Of a stretch of 64,000 nt of DNA, positions 26,257-39,418 are shown piece after piece. Below the pieces are notes generated by a model. That model saw only the letters and a program-made list of their open reading frames with translations. It searched no databases and was not told the DNA's origin. The first letter of the stretch is position 1. Each line of letters opens with the position of its first letter. The stretch covers positions 82,584,001 to 82,648,000 of the forward strand of contig OX597822.1 in the NCBI GenBank assembly GCA_951406725.2. Reading direction: 5' to 3'. The position numbers and the translations under genes were made by a program. The stretch is from Octopus vulgaris. Lineage: Eukaryota.

Positions 26257-27394
26257 GGTTCTTATCTATTTAATTTAGCGGACAGGGTTGTCTCACTTTT
26301 TGTATTAAAACAACTAATTATTATTCTAATCAACTAGTAATAGCTTCAATGGACATACTAAAGATGTATGATCACTAACTGTATCCTGAAGGCACTATTT
26401 CCTGCCATGAGTAGGTGGGTGATTGGAGGAAAGATAAAGAGTATAAGGATGGGGGTCAGCTTGGCTAGTTAGTTTGATAGAATACTTCCCTCTTCCAGAT
26501 TAAAGTCATAAGTGATGGTAAACTCATCACTGTACCCCAGTGAAACAGTTGTCATTGCTTGAGCTGTTTTCAGTTCATAGCAGAATCACCTCCAGACTGT
26601 TTTCTGCAGGTGTTATCTTGTATTTGTATGAAACCGTTGTTTTGTGCATATCTACCAATGTAATTATATGGAACTGGAAATGAAAAATTTCCAAGTAATT
26701 TTGATATAGATAGGTTGTAAAAATATTCTCAAATATTCTCGTATATCAAAGAAAAATTTTGTAGTCACTTACATTTAATTAAAATAACTGAATAAAGGCA
26801 AGAGAGAGGGAGAGAGACAGACAAACAGGTAGACAGTGTTGCAAAGGTAAAAATGGTAAAGGTAACAAGTGTGCAGGATAAAGAAGAACAGCATTAAATT
26901 AAATAAGAGGGGAAAGGGTACAATGAGAGAGATGAAAAAAACTAAAGGGAGAAAGACATTAAAAAAATTTAACTGAGTGAGGAAAAGAGTGAAAGAGAAA
27001 GTTATGAGGATACAGAAATAGACAAACTGTTAGAAATAGAGGCAGTAAAGAAAGAGAGGGAAAGAGAGACAGACAGCGTTTTAAGGAAACAGTACAAGAA
27101 AAAGTTGTAAAAATACAGTGAAATTGAAATTTATAAGAATTATCTAACTAATATAGACTTTAATAATTTTAGTAAAACTTACATACTCACAACTAATCAA
27201 CTAGCAGCTTTCTTTTATGATAATATAATAGAGCTACTTATTGAATCTATTTACAGCCAATTGTCATGGATTATTTGTGAGTTAAGTTTCTAGGTTGAAA
27301 ATAAAACACGGTGACTATTTTGTTGTAAGCCATTGAGAAAGTTTTTATGTGATCGCTCAACTTACTAGAGATAGTGCCCAGTTTTCCCTCAAAG

Positions 27395-27416
27395 TACACC
27401 CTACCATCTTAAAAAA

Positions 27417-27456
<40 letters not shown>

Positions 27457-27700
27457 ATGATATTGTCCAGGGGACACTAATTCTCCAGAAAATAAACAAG
27501 ATGTTCACAACTGAAAAGCCTTTGATCATAGACCGTATGAATCAGAGACGATTTGGAGATAATCATCAACACAGCATGCGTGTGTGTGTATGTGTGTGAC
27601 ATTGTAGTTACCATAAACAGTTCCTTGTAGTTCTAACAATTCCCATCTATTCTCTGTGGATTTAAGTCATAAGTTCTTGTTATGTTTTTGTCTACATTGT
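27395..27700 (+). repeat. Local direct duplication, copy 2
   Basis: Matches 22086-22369. Confidence 0.9.
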
Positions 27701-28049
27701 TTTTTTTTAGATCATTACCAAGGTGTTTCTTACTATTAATATGAGATTATGTTTCTGTTTTCAGTTCCTACATTATTATTTATTATTATTACCATTGTCA
27801 TCGTCATCATCATCATCATCTGCCATTTTGGCTAGTGTGGCAGAGCCATCAGTACACCAGACAAAATGCTCAGCAACATTTCCTCCATTTTTATGTTGTG
27901 TTCAAATTGCATTGAGGTTGACTTTGCCTTTCATCCTTTCAGAATCAATAAAATAAGTACCGGTTGCATACTGGGGTTAATAAAATCCTCTATTCTCCTC
28001 ACTCCCGCTACATTTCAGGCCTTGTGTCTATAGTAGAAATAGTACCAAA

Positions 28050-28460
28050 AGCATACTACTGAGAATTCAGTGCAGATGGGTAGGACACGTTGTTCAAATG
28101 AAAGATGACCACATTCCAGAAATTCTTTTGTATGGCCAACAAGTAGAGGAAATACTACAGTAGGGAAGACCCATCCTTAGGTCATATAAGGATAAGTTGA
28201 AGCAATCACTAAAGTCTCTTCAGATTAACTTGACATCTTGGGGTAGTCATTGCTTGATTAATCTGCAAGGCATAAAATGTGTCATGATGCATCAAAGCAA
28301 TTTGAGTTGAAGAAATAGACCAATAAAAGAATTATGTCTTGCAATCTATGGACACATTCGTCCAATTCCAGACAAAATCAAAATCATCAGTGTCCCCAGT
28401 GTAACTTCATAGCAGAATCAATTCCGAGACTCAAATTACATTCACACATCCATCGCAAAT
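28050..28460 (+). mobile_element. RTE-clade LINE 3' remnant (different family)
   Basis: Decayed translation RWVGHVVQMKDDHIPEILLYGQ..GRP.L..KDKLKQSLKSL. Confidence 0.7.
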
Positions 28461-28568
28461 AGATGCACCTTCTTTTATTTTTAAAGCTGTTTCTTCTTTG
28501 TCTCACTTTTTTCTTTTCTTTTCCTTCAAACACTCATACATCAAAACCGAAAGGAGTGACCATCATCA

Positions 28569-28603
<35 letters not shown>

Positions 28604-28611
28604 GTTATTAA

Positions 28612-29213
28612 AGGCAGTGAGCTGGCAGAATCATTAGCACGCTGGATGAAATGCTTAACGGTATTTTGCCCATCACTACATTCTCAGTTCAAGTTCTGCT
28701 GAGGCCGACTTTGCCTTTCATCCTTTTGGGGATCAATGAATTGGGTACCCCTCTCGCAAATTTCAGACCTTGTGTCTATAGTAGAAAGGATTATAATTAT
28801 TATTCTTATTAAAAATTCAGCGGGCTAGCAAAATTGTTAGCATGCTGGATAAAATGCTTAGCGGTATTTCATCTGCCGCTACGTTCTGAGTTCAAATTCC
28901 ACTGAGGTTGACTTTGTCTTTCATCCTTTCGGGGTCAATTAAATAAGTACCAGTTACAAACTGGGGTCGATATAATCGACTTAATCTGTTTGTCTGTCCT
29001 TGTTTGTCCTCTCTGTGTTTAGCCCCCTGTGGGTAGTAAAGAAATAGGTATTTCGCCCGTCGCTACATTCTGAGTTCAAACTCCACCAACTTTGCTTATC
29101 ATCTTTTCGGGGTCGATGAAATAAGTACCTGTTATGCACTGGGGTTGATGAAATCGACTATCCCCCTCCCCCAAATTTCAAGGCCTTGTGCCCATAGTAG
29201 AAAAGATTATTAT
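28612..29213 (+). mobile_element. Cluster of three SINE family B copies
   Basis: The same consensus is repeated, separated by (ATT)n. Confidence 0.8.
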
Positions 29214-29927
29214 TTAAGACGTCACACAGTATCCAATATCATGATGTTGATTGAAGATATTGTATCTACCAGAAGATTTTGTACTGTCTGTCAAGTCACA
29301 ACAAGGACCTCAGACACACAGTACTTTACACAATATGCGTGCAGTTCCAAGTAATGCTGATTATTATTATTATTATTAAGAAGGCAGCATGTTGACAGTT
29401 TCTTTAGCATGAGACTGGGAAACCACCTCTAGGACTCTATATGACTTGGGAAGAATCCCCTTTGTTCTTTATACTTTTTTTTTATCCCAATATGGCCATC
29501 CTCTTGGTTGCATAGTTCTTGACAACTCTCTCCATACATTATTTACATTATTTACATTTGATGAATATTTGTCCTCTGGGTCGCATACTTATTGATGCTG
29601 TCTGGGAAACAGTTGGTAAACAACCCAGGGGATTGAGTCTACTTTCAATATGCACCTTATAAGCCAAAGACACATCTGAGGAAGGAAGAAAACGGTTTTA
29701 TCTTGGATTTGTAGAATTCCTTGATTCTCATTTGGTAGCTGTCTCACTATTTTCCTTCTTTTGCATATCATTGTTTCAATACCTCTTGTTAATAATAATA
29801 ATAATAATAGCACCTTTTGTTTTTGTTATCAGTTCTGTATAAAACTCCACCCCATCATTTTTGTAATATGCAATCTTAATGTCTTTTCATTTGCTACTCT
29901 TGTGGCAGACAAAAGACAGCATTGATC

Positions 29928-30277
29928 ATGGCTGTGTGGTAAGAAGTTTGCTTCCCAGCCGCATGGTTCTGGATTCAGTCCCACTGTGTGGCACCTTGAA
30001 CAAGTGTCTTCTACTATGGCCTCGGGCCAATCAAAACCTTGTGAGTGGATGTGGTGGATGGAAACTGAAAGAAGCCCATTATGTGTGTATATATGTATGC
30101 TGTATGTGTATCTTTGTGTTTGTCCCCCATCACTGCTTGACAACTGGTGATGGTGTGTTTATGTTCCTGTAACTTAGCAGTTTAGCAAAAGAGACTGATA
30201 GAGTATGTACCAGAGTTTAAAAAGATAATCGATTCATTTGAGTGGTGCCCTAGTCTAATGACTGAAACAAGTAAAAG
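29928..30277 (+). mobile_element. SINE family A, near full length
   Basis: A/B-box head, body and ...aatgactgaaacaagtaaaag tail. Confidence 0.8.
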
Positions 30278-30292
30278 CTAGAAAATTCTCAT

Positions 30293-30662
30293 TATTACCT
30301 CTGCCTTCGCTGAGGTGGAGGTATTGTTTTCAGTTGTGTTTGTTTGTTTGACCACGGAAAAGATATTTCAAGAACCACTGGATGTATTTGGATGAAACTT
30401 TCAGGGATGTTTGACCTCATGACTGGCAGTAACTGATTATATTTTGGGATCAATCCAGTACTGGACAAGGATTCTGGATTATTTTTCCAGTTTTTTTTTA
30501 CTTAAGTTTAGAGAGTGGTCGGGTTCATTTTTAGTATTCTTGTTTTTGGGAGCAATCGAGTTTAGTTCTGATATTCTCATTTTAAAAATCATCTCTGGCT
30601 AATTGTTGAGAGAATGTTGCTGTTGCCTTGGCAGAGGTTTGCACTCTCTGAGAGCTCTTGTT
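30293..30662 (+). mobile_element. Helentron-associated (HINE/DINE-like) non-autonomous element
   Basis: Subterminal inverted repeats acctctgcc (30297-30305) / ggcagaggt (30630-30638), an internal partial IR ggtggaggt, (GTTT)n, a 3' hairpin gcactc-tct-gagagc, and T-rich ends. Confidence 0.7.
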
Positions 30663-31993
30663 ATTATTAACATCATCCTCATCATCATCACCATCACCAC
30701 CACCACCATCATGTGTGTCATGACTCTGAAATTAAGTTTTTCCATTTATTTGTACCAACCACATCCCTGGCAGTAGCATCTATGAATTCCCAGTAGACAA
30801 TCATCATCATCATCATCATTCACTGCAACTAGTGGCAGAGCCTGGCAGCAGGAAAAAATAATAGAAAGATAGCAAATAATACAAATGTCAACCATCTCGA
30901 CTCTTTCAGCCAATCAATTGACACAGTCTCAACCATAGTGAGTTCTAAAAGTCTCCTTTGATTGATTGTAATAGTCACATGTTGTGGATATAATAACACA
31001 ACAAAAACTCTACAACAGCAGCAGCAGCAGCAGTGAAGAAGCCTCTACATGGTTACTCAACCTGTTAGACATAGCAGCTAAATGTTCCTTATATCACATC
31101 TTTAATATCTTAATAATAAGGGTCACGTCAGATAATGTAGTCAGGGTCACATCATGTCTGATTCAAATTGCAGGTTAGGCATGGTTGGATCACATTAGAT
31201 CAGGTCTTATCTGTCAAGTGACCGAGGGCTATACAACTACAATAATAGAATCAACCACTTTTTTTATCTCTTTAAACTATTTTTTTTTTCTTTGTTGACT
31301 TAATCCTTCTATGATTGTTAATGCTGCTATTGAGAAGTGACTAAATTTAACCGTATCCATGGAAACATGCGATGGACAACGCTTGGCTGTCTGCAATGCT
31401 ACCATTTATTAGACATTTTAAAGCGCCAACAAACAAGCTTTTATCTACAAAGTGTCCAGGGTTCCTTATAAACTTTTTTGTTGTTTCAACAAATTGAAAA
31501 CACGCTCTTTTTTTTGTCTTTTTCTCAGAGAAGCATTTGAGAAGACTATATATATATATATATAATATATAGTGTACATTTAAACACATAAGGAATCCAC
31601 TCGTGGCATTCAACACGCTAGAAAGAACAGCTAGGTTCTATAACCACAAAAATTAGGGATAAAATTCGACAGGAACAAAATGAAAAATAAAATCATTTTA
31701 CCATCAAGCTTCCTGGACCAATTGGTTTCTGATTTTAGTTTAGCAAACAAATAATATTTGCTCACGAGGTGAAATCATCCTCAACGGGTACACCTTGGGT
31801 TAAATATATAAACAACGAGGCAATCAAACTATATGCCTCCCGTTTATATATCCTAATTTTTTCAAAATCTACTTCCCAGACGCAGCCCTTCGCCAGCAAT
31901 AAAAAAAATGCCAACTTTTAAAACTGAAAATTATCCAAAGACTTAGTGAAAATTTTAATTAATTTTCCATTTCCCTTTGATATGTTTAAATAC

Positions 31994-32035
<42 letters not shown>

Positions 32036-32039
<4 letters not shown>

Positions 32040-32305
32040 AATTGCAGCATGGAAGGTGTTTGTAAGCCATTTAAGAAACACACAAAAGCCGTTCGATTCA
32101 CTTCAACATTTAAGTTTAATTTGTCAAAATATTTTCGTCGCTAAAATCCACGACCTGTTCACTGACAAAAATCCGTCAGTGAACAGGTCGCGGATTTTAG
32201 CGACGAAAATATTTTGACAAATTAAACTTAAATGTTGAAGTGAATCGAACGGCTTTTGTGTGTTTCTTAAATGGCTTACAAACACCTTCCACGCTGCAAT
32301 TGTTT
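32036..32305. repeat. Near-perfect 131-bp-arm palindrome (8-nt loop) carrying an HHR-like motif in each arm; probable PLE pseudo-LTR inversion
   Basis: 32036-32166 is the reverse complement of 32175-32305 with about 2 mismatches. It is flanked by (TA)n at about 31995-32035 and 32362-32385. Confidence 0.9.
32175..32218 (+). ncRNA. Minimal hammerhead ribozyme variant with G3:C8 core (mirror copy at about 32120-32169 on the - strand)
   Basis: gtca-GTGAACA-g-gtcgc(ggatttta)gcgac-GAAA-atat-TT-tgac. Stems I and II pair and stem III is palindromic (AATATT). Core positions 3 and 8 are both swapped relative to CUGANGA. Confidence 0.6.
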
Positions 32306-32867
32306 TCGTTTCAGCACACGATCTCAGATCAAATTACTTGCTATGCGAGTACATCTCCGTAATATATATATATATATGAATATATAGATGTGTGTGTGTG
32401 TAAATATATGGCCACAGCTCTGAGCTGAAACAACAAAGATAAAATAAAATATATATATGAATATATAAATATATATACATACATCAATAAATATATATGT
32501 GTGTGTGTGACTATGAATTTGCCTCCTCTCACTCAACAGCAATCAACTTTGATTTTGATTATGATAAATGATGAGTGATGTTCATCTTAAAAATAGTAGG
32601 ATAAAAAATAATTACTAGAATATATTATTATGATGATGATGATGATGCCTGTGTATCACAAATTTATCTGAATTAAATATGTGGAGGATATGTTAAGGAG
32701 AAAGTTTTTAATATCAGAAACCTTCAATGTACACAACGTTGATGACTCTTTTGCTGCATTGGTTTGTTAAAATGGATGCAAGGATGAAAGGGGTTCAAAA
32801 AGGAAAATATGACATGGCATGGGTCAAAATAAGCTGGACATTGCCTGGAAGATATTGCAGGAGACAT

Positions 32868-32982
32868 AATTATTTACATTTGACAGATATTTGTCCTCAT
32901 CTTCTTTGTTGTTAACACAACGTTTCAGCTGATTTACCCTCCAGCCTTCATCAGGTGTCTTGGGGAAATTTTGAACCTGAGT
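32868..32982 (-). mobile_element. Fragment of the tRNA-head/HHR family with an intact minimal HHR (32914-32959)
   Basis: Minus strand reads gacac-CTGATGA-a-ggctg(gagggtaaat)cagct-GAAA-cg-TT-gtgtt. Confidence 0.7.
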
Positions 32983-33993
32983 CATCACTAATTATTGGAT
33001 CAGACATGGTCTGGGTTTGAAGCAGGTGGTACACTTACTAGTTAATTCATAGCTGGGACCCTGGCAGAATAGACCTGGGAACAATTGTAGCTAAGAGATG
33101 GTTCTACATTCCTCAAGACTCTGGAACTCTACCAAGGCCCCACTACCAGATGCAGTTTAAAGTCTTGTCCAGGACCTCTATGTGTGTGTGTTTCTGTGTC
33201 TTTTCTTCGATCTTACATGATTGCTGTAAACGAGTGTCACTCTCATACAAGTGGTGTCCTTCGTTTCCAATCTGCCATGAAAACATGTCTGATCACAGAG
33301 CAAATATCACATTGCTTGGAAACAGTCGAGGATTGGCAAAAGAAAGGGAATCTGGCTGTAGAAAATCCACCTCAACAAATTCCAGCTGGGAAAAGTTGAT
33401 GTTATGATGACGATGGTGTTGATGATAATGTATGCATGGCAGGAGGGTGCTATACCAAAGTTAGGGCTGTTTCAAGACATAGTCAAACAATTTTACATTT
33501 TCTCTTCCTCATCACAGGAATCAGTTTTTTATATGTAACTTTTCCTCTATCAAATATATTGATAATTTACTTCTTTACAAACTCAACAATATCATTGGCA
33601 GAGGGCAGCATTGTTTAGTCTATAAAATCTGCAAAGCCCAGGAACCAAAATCTTATTCAGTTATTCATTTCATTTAATAAAATCTCTCACCTTTTCAAAG
33701 CATTTTTCTTACAATAAGGGACCAGTTCCCTTTCTTCACCAACATGATTAATCAGCCTTGCCACAATCTTTTCAGTCCTAAGGTTGCATAGATTCTCTGT
33801 AACTTTCAAGTCTATCTCTCTTTTCCAAATGAAAAATGAGTCTTACGTTCACAATAGCTGCTCTGCTAGCTTTCTTTAATTTATGGGTTTTTTGAGAATT
33901 ATCTAGAAACACAAATATGTGTGTGTGAGATAGAGATAGAAAGAGAGAGAGAGAGAGTTAAATAGGAAGAGTGATAGGAGCTATATCTATCTA

Positions 33994-34025
<32 letters not shown>

Positions 34026-34819
34026 TCTATATCTATCTGTCTTTATCAATCTATCGATATCTATCTATCTATCTATCTATCTGTCTATCTATATCAATCA
34101 ATCTATCTATCTATCTATCTGTCTGTCTGTATGCATATATGTGCAATTGTGTATCTGTGTATATACACATATGTATGTGTGTGATTGTATGTATATATAT
34201 GTGTGTGTATTTATGCACACACACACATGAAGCCAAGAGAATTGCTAAGATAGTTAGATAACATCTATTTGTGTTCACAGCCAATGCTTGTAGAGCAAAA
34301 ACCAACAAATTAAATATAGATATATAATGAAATAAATAATTCATCGGAAATAATTCAACAGACATTCAACAATTGCTGCAGGTTCCATGTAATGTAGAGA
34401 CGACTTAAGAGCTAAATGCAGAGCATTATTATATTACAGAAACCAATTAGTAAAATAATATACAATATCTAGAATAATAAAAAGAAGAATACAACAAAGG
34501 TAAACAAGAAAAGCAAGAATGAAAGAAGGAAGGCAGGAAGGAGAGATTGCATCATAAGTTAAGCTTGTTAATGCTGCTGAGCTGTTACAGGTAGAGGAAT
34601 TGTGTGTGTGTGTGTGTGTGTGAAGTCTTCTGATGAGCTGATCAACAGAAATGTCTAATTGACTGGGATTAGGTGAAAGATATTTCTTCAGTTAAGTGAA
34701 GGTCCTTGTTGTTGTGTGAAATAAAGAGCTTAAAATATATATTAATGCTCAAAGAAAGTGCGTGTGTGTGTGTGTGTATATGTATATATAATTTATATAA
34801 AAGGTTATAATAAATGTCA

Positions 34820-35540
34820 GCATGGCTGTGTGGTAAGAAGCTTGCTTCTCAACCCCATCGTTCCAGGTTCAATCCCACTGTGTGGCACCTTGGGCAAGTG
34901 TCTTCTACTACAGCTTTGGACCTGCAAAAGCCTTGTGAGTGGATTTGGTAGACGGAAACTGAAAGAAGCCTATAATGTGTATGTGTGTGTGTGACACAGA
35001 CACATGGTTTGATAACTGGTATTAGTATGTTTACAACTCCATAACTTAGCGATTCAGCAAGAGAGATCGATAGAATAAGTACCAGACTTTGAATAAAAAT
35101 AAGTGGTAGAGTTGAATCATTTGACTAAAAATTCTTCAAGGTGGTGCCCCAGCATGGTCGCAGTCTAAAGACTGAAAGAAGCAAAAGAACAAAAGATGAT
35201 ATAAGCACAGGAGTGGCTGTGTGCTAAGTAGCTTGCTTCCCAACCACATGGTTCCGGGTTCAGTCCCACTGGCACCTTTGGAAAGTGTCTTCTACTATAG
35301 CCTTGGGCTGACCAATGCCTTGTGAGTGGATTTGATAGATGGAAACTGAAAGAAGCCCACCTTATATATATGTATGTGTATGTTGGTGTGTCTACATCCC
35401 CGTAACTTAGCGATTTGGCAAAAGAGACCAATAGAATAAGTACTAGGCTTACAACGAATAAATCTTGGGGTCAGTTTGTTTGACTAAAGGTGGTGCTCCA
35501 GCATGGCTGCAGTCAAATGACTGAAACAAATAAAAGAATA
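34820..35540 (+). mobile_element. Two tandem SINE family A copies (about 34820-35185 and 35206-35540)
   Basis: The same consensus occurs twice head-to-tail. Confidence 0.8.
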
Positions 35541-35574
35541 ATATATATATATGTAATATATATTTAAGCTGGGA

Positions 35575-35935
35575 CTGAAAGAAATGAAGCCAGTACGCTT
35601 CACTGGATGTGCAATGTCAGTGTGCATGCACAACAGGGTGTAAGAATCTTGAGAGAAAAGTTGGACATAAGAGGCATCAGATGTGGTGTGCAGGAGAGAA
35701 GACTGTGCTGGTATGGTCATGTGATATGTATGGAGATGGACAGCTGTGTAAAGAAGTATCAATCTCTAACTGTGGAGAGAAACTAGAGGTAGACCCAGGA
35801 AGACATGGAATGAGGTGGTGAAGCATGACCTTCGAACTTTGGGCCTCACAGAGGCAATGACTAGTGACCAAGACCTTTGGCGTGCCAGCCCAGTCAAACT
35901 GCCCAACCCATGCCAGTGTGGATAACAGGCATTAA
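35575..35935 (+). mobile_element. RTE-clade LINE 3' remnant
   Basis: Decayed translation ..LREKL.IRGIRCGVQERRL.WYGHV..M...CVKK...GRPRKTWNEVVKHDLRTLGLTEAMTSD.DLW. Confidence 0.75.
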
Positions 35936-37017
35936 ATCAAAGTGGAAGAAGGTAAACATTGAAATTTCAGGTTTCAACAGACTGATACCCATGAAACCTG
36001 AAGGAATTTTGAATGTGTGTGTGTGTTGGGAGAGAAGATGGAGGGAATTGGGTGAGGAGAGACACAAAAAGGAAGGAGAGAGAGAAGGTGACAAAGATGC
36101 CATTAGCGGAAGGAGATCTAGGCATGTACAAGATCATCAATTTAATTAGAGATAAGATTAAGATAATCTCTGTAAAGCTGATATATTCTGAAAGCATGCA
36201 TGTATTTATTCAATTATTCTGTCTCAGATTTAGTGAACAATTGTGTTATTGGTGACATGTTTCCAATGAGCCACACAGCGAGTTTGCAGCATTACTTAGG
36301 ACTAAAATGACATGAGATTGTTTGTACTATAGGTCTGGAATAAATCCCCCCCCCCACACACACACATATTTAAAATGATGCTCCACGTTTTTTGTTTTTG
36401 ATAGGGCTCAGTTTCAGTTCTGTTGTTGATTTTTACATCTCTTGCCATTATGTATGCACATACATACAAACTTATTTATGTATGTTAATCATTATTTTTT
36501 ACATGCATTCTTTCATGCTGGCATGTACTTGATAATATATCTATATATATATGTATATGGTGTCGAAACCATCATGATATCTGTGGGGCAGCTGATGATG
36601 GGGGTATGTTGGATTGTTGATATGGCTGTTATTGTATATGTGGAATAGTTTTATAACACATAAAATGCATTCATGCTAGTGCCATGTGAAGTACACTTGT
36701 GCAGGTGCTGCATAAATCCACTCATGCCAGTGGCATATACAAAAGCACCCGGCACACTCTGTAAGTTGGTTGGCATCAGGAAGGGCATCCATCCATAGAA
36801 ACCATGCCAAAACAGACAATTAGAGTCTGGACAGCTCCAACCGTCCAACCCATGCCAGCATGGAAAGCAGACAGTAAATGATGGTGAGAATGATATATAC
36901 ATATCTTTGGCGATGCAAACAAGAAGAATACAACTCAAAACACAAGTATATATATTTTATTAATATTTAGCAGAATAAATTGAAGGACCAAAAGCTTTGT
37001 GCATTAACACTTATCAG

Positions 37018-37116
<99 letters not shown>

Positions 37117-37504
37117 TATATTGCTGTGCTTGAGAATTATATTATTGATTTTATTATCATTTTTAAATTGTTACACTAGATAATAACAGAGTCAATAGTA
37201 TCTTCGCGAATTATTTTTTCTCATGAATTATTTGTTCCATATTGAAATTATATATATATATATAGTTCATAGATGAGATCCACATATTCTTCGTATGGAA
37301 TACACTTTGTAGTGCTCAAGAAATTTAAACTTGAATGGGTTTAGAAATAAACGTAGGGATAAGCAAGTTGGACTGATCATTATATAAAGTGTATTAATAC
37401 ATGAAATACAAAAAATGCATGTATGTAGGCATATAAAAAGCTCCGACTTACACAGGGTACAAATTATATAGAGAATTAAAGGGGTGGAGAAAAAGTATCA
37501 CAAA

Positions 37505-37597
37505 TCCATCAGCTGTTTCTGGGGGCTCGGTGGTCCATAGTAATGTTTGTAGAGTGATTCCATCATGGGATGAGACAAGCCTCCGTCTTCAGAGAGG
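37505..37597 (-). ncRNA. Decayed hammerhead motif in a PLE-type remnant (approx. 37265-37740)
   Basis: Minus strand reads CTGAAGA-c-ggaggctt...gagccccc-a-GAAA-cagctg, but the next base is A instead of the required U. Confidence 0.5.
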
Positions 37598-37893
37598 AGA
37601 TCTTACATTTAAGATGTTGAAGGAGAGAAGTTCACATATACTCATTTTTTTGTATTTCATGTATTTAATATATATTATATATTGATCTGTCTAATTTACT
37701 TATCCCCAATTTACTTATCGGTAGCCACTACACACATTTTTTTCTCCCCTTGTTTCTTTCTGTGTTCCTTTCTGTGGAAGAGCCTAGGCTCGAAATGTTA
37801 AAGACCTTTTCAATTCCTGAGCGTTATACAAATACATCGGTTTGTTTTCTACACCACCTGTCTTCGTCTTTTGTTTTTTTCGTGAATTCTCCC

Positions 37894-37925
<32 letters not shown>

Positions 37926-39124
37926 TATAAACTGAACTACAAAAGAAACATTGCACACACATTTAACAGAAACTGGTTTATTAACAGACTACCATAGTAT
38001 TGATTGAAGCTTGCTAATTAAGAAACCGTTCTTTCCTATTGATAAAACATCATTTCCTGAAACATGCTTGACATCACATGGTGTCACATGATGACCGAGT
38101 GTTCTGGAGCCAAAGAGATGAACTCAATATCCCATGTGACCGCCGTTAGCGTTGATTACCACTAGGCATCTTCTGTACATTGGATTCACCAAACGATTGA
38201 TGAAGGCCATCGGGGTAGCAGCCCACCCTGTTAAAATTTGCACTGAGTTGTGCCACAGTTTTTCGCCTTGGACAGATGTCGGTTATCCTTCTTTAGATTT
38301 CGTCCCACAGCCACTCCTGAGAAAAGTATGGCCAAGGCTAGGCTGCATCTTATGCGCTCGTGTGTCTTATAGGCCATCAAATACAGTAATCTCAATACGT
38401 GTGTGAAAGAAATAATCTTTTACAGCATGATATTTCTTTTGTAGTTCAGTATACATAGATATAGATGTGTGTGTGTCAGTGTGTCTGTGTTTGTCCCTCC
38501 ACCACAGCTTTACAACTTGTGTCGGTGTGCTTACTTCCTTGCAACATAGTGATTCAGCAAAACACACCGATAGATTAAGTACCAGGCTTAAAAAGAAATA
38601 GAATAAACAAACTGGGCCTAATTCATTCAACTAAAACTTCATCGAGGTGTTGCCCCAGCATGGCCACAACCTAATGACTGAAACAAGGAAACAATAAAAG
38701 ACACACACACACATGTCCATATGTCCTGTACTGAAAGTCTTTCATCCAGAGTCTTTAGTTTTTTTGTCTTTACTAACATGCATGCACATGCTTTTGGTGA
38801 ATTTCAATGTGTGTTTGCTTCAGAAATATCAATAGTCTTTAATATTTCAATAGCAAAAATCCCTCTGGAGTTTCATATTTGTGTCATCTTCTTGCCATCA
38901 ATCTCTATTACACATCTATGTCAGCTTCTAATTAGCTCTCTCTCTCTCTTTTTATGTGTATGTGTGTCTGTGTCCTGTACATGTGTGTGTCTTTCAGTGG
39001 ATATGTGCGTATTATTTACATGTTTTCTCACCCATTTCTCTCTGTTTATCAACCAAAGTTCACTCTAAAGCACTCTATATGCAAATGGCTTTGTATTTGC
39101 TCCAAAAATAATAATAATAATAAT

Positions 39125-39345
39125 AATCCTTTTTACTAGAAGCACAAGGCCTCGAATTTGTAGAGAGGGGATTAGTCGATTAGATCAACCCCAGTGTTTC
39201 ACTGGTACTTAATTTATCAACCTCGAAGGGATGAAAGGCAAAGTTAACCTTGGTGGAGTTTGAACTCAGAACGTAGTGGCAGACAAAATACTGCTAAGTA
39301 TTTCACCCAGCATGCTAACGATTCTGCCAGCTCACCGCCTTATTA
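39125..39345 (-). mobile_element. SINE family B, full length
   Basis: Reverse complement ends ...gctaacgattctgccagctcaccgcc, flanked by (AAT)n. Confidence 0.8.
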
Positions 39346-39379
39346 TTAATAATAATAATAATTATTGATAATGATGATG

Positions 39380-39418
<39 letters not shown>

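Noticed and set aside
34629-34660. CTGATGAgctgatcaacagaaatgtc as a hammerhead
   Set aside because: Stem II closure, GAAA spacing and stem I do not fit.
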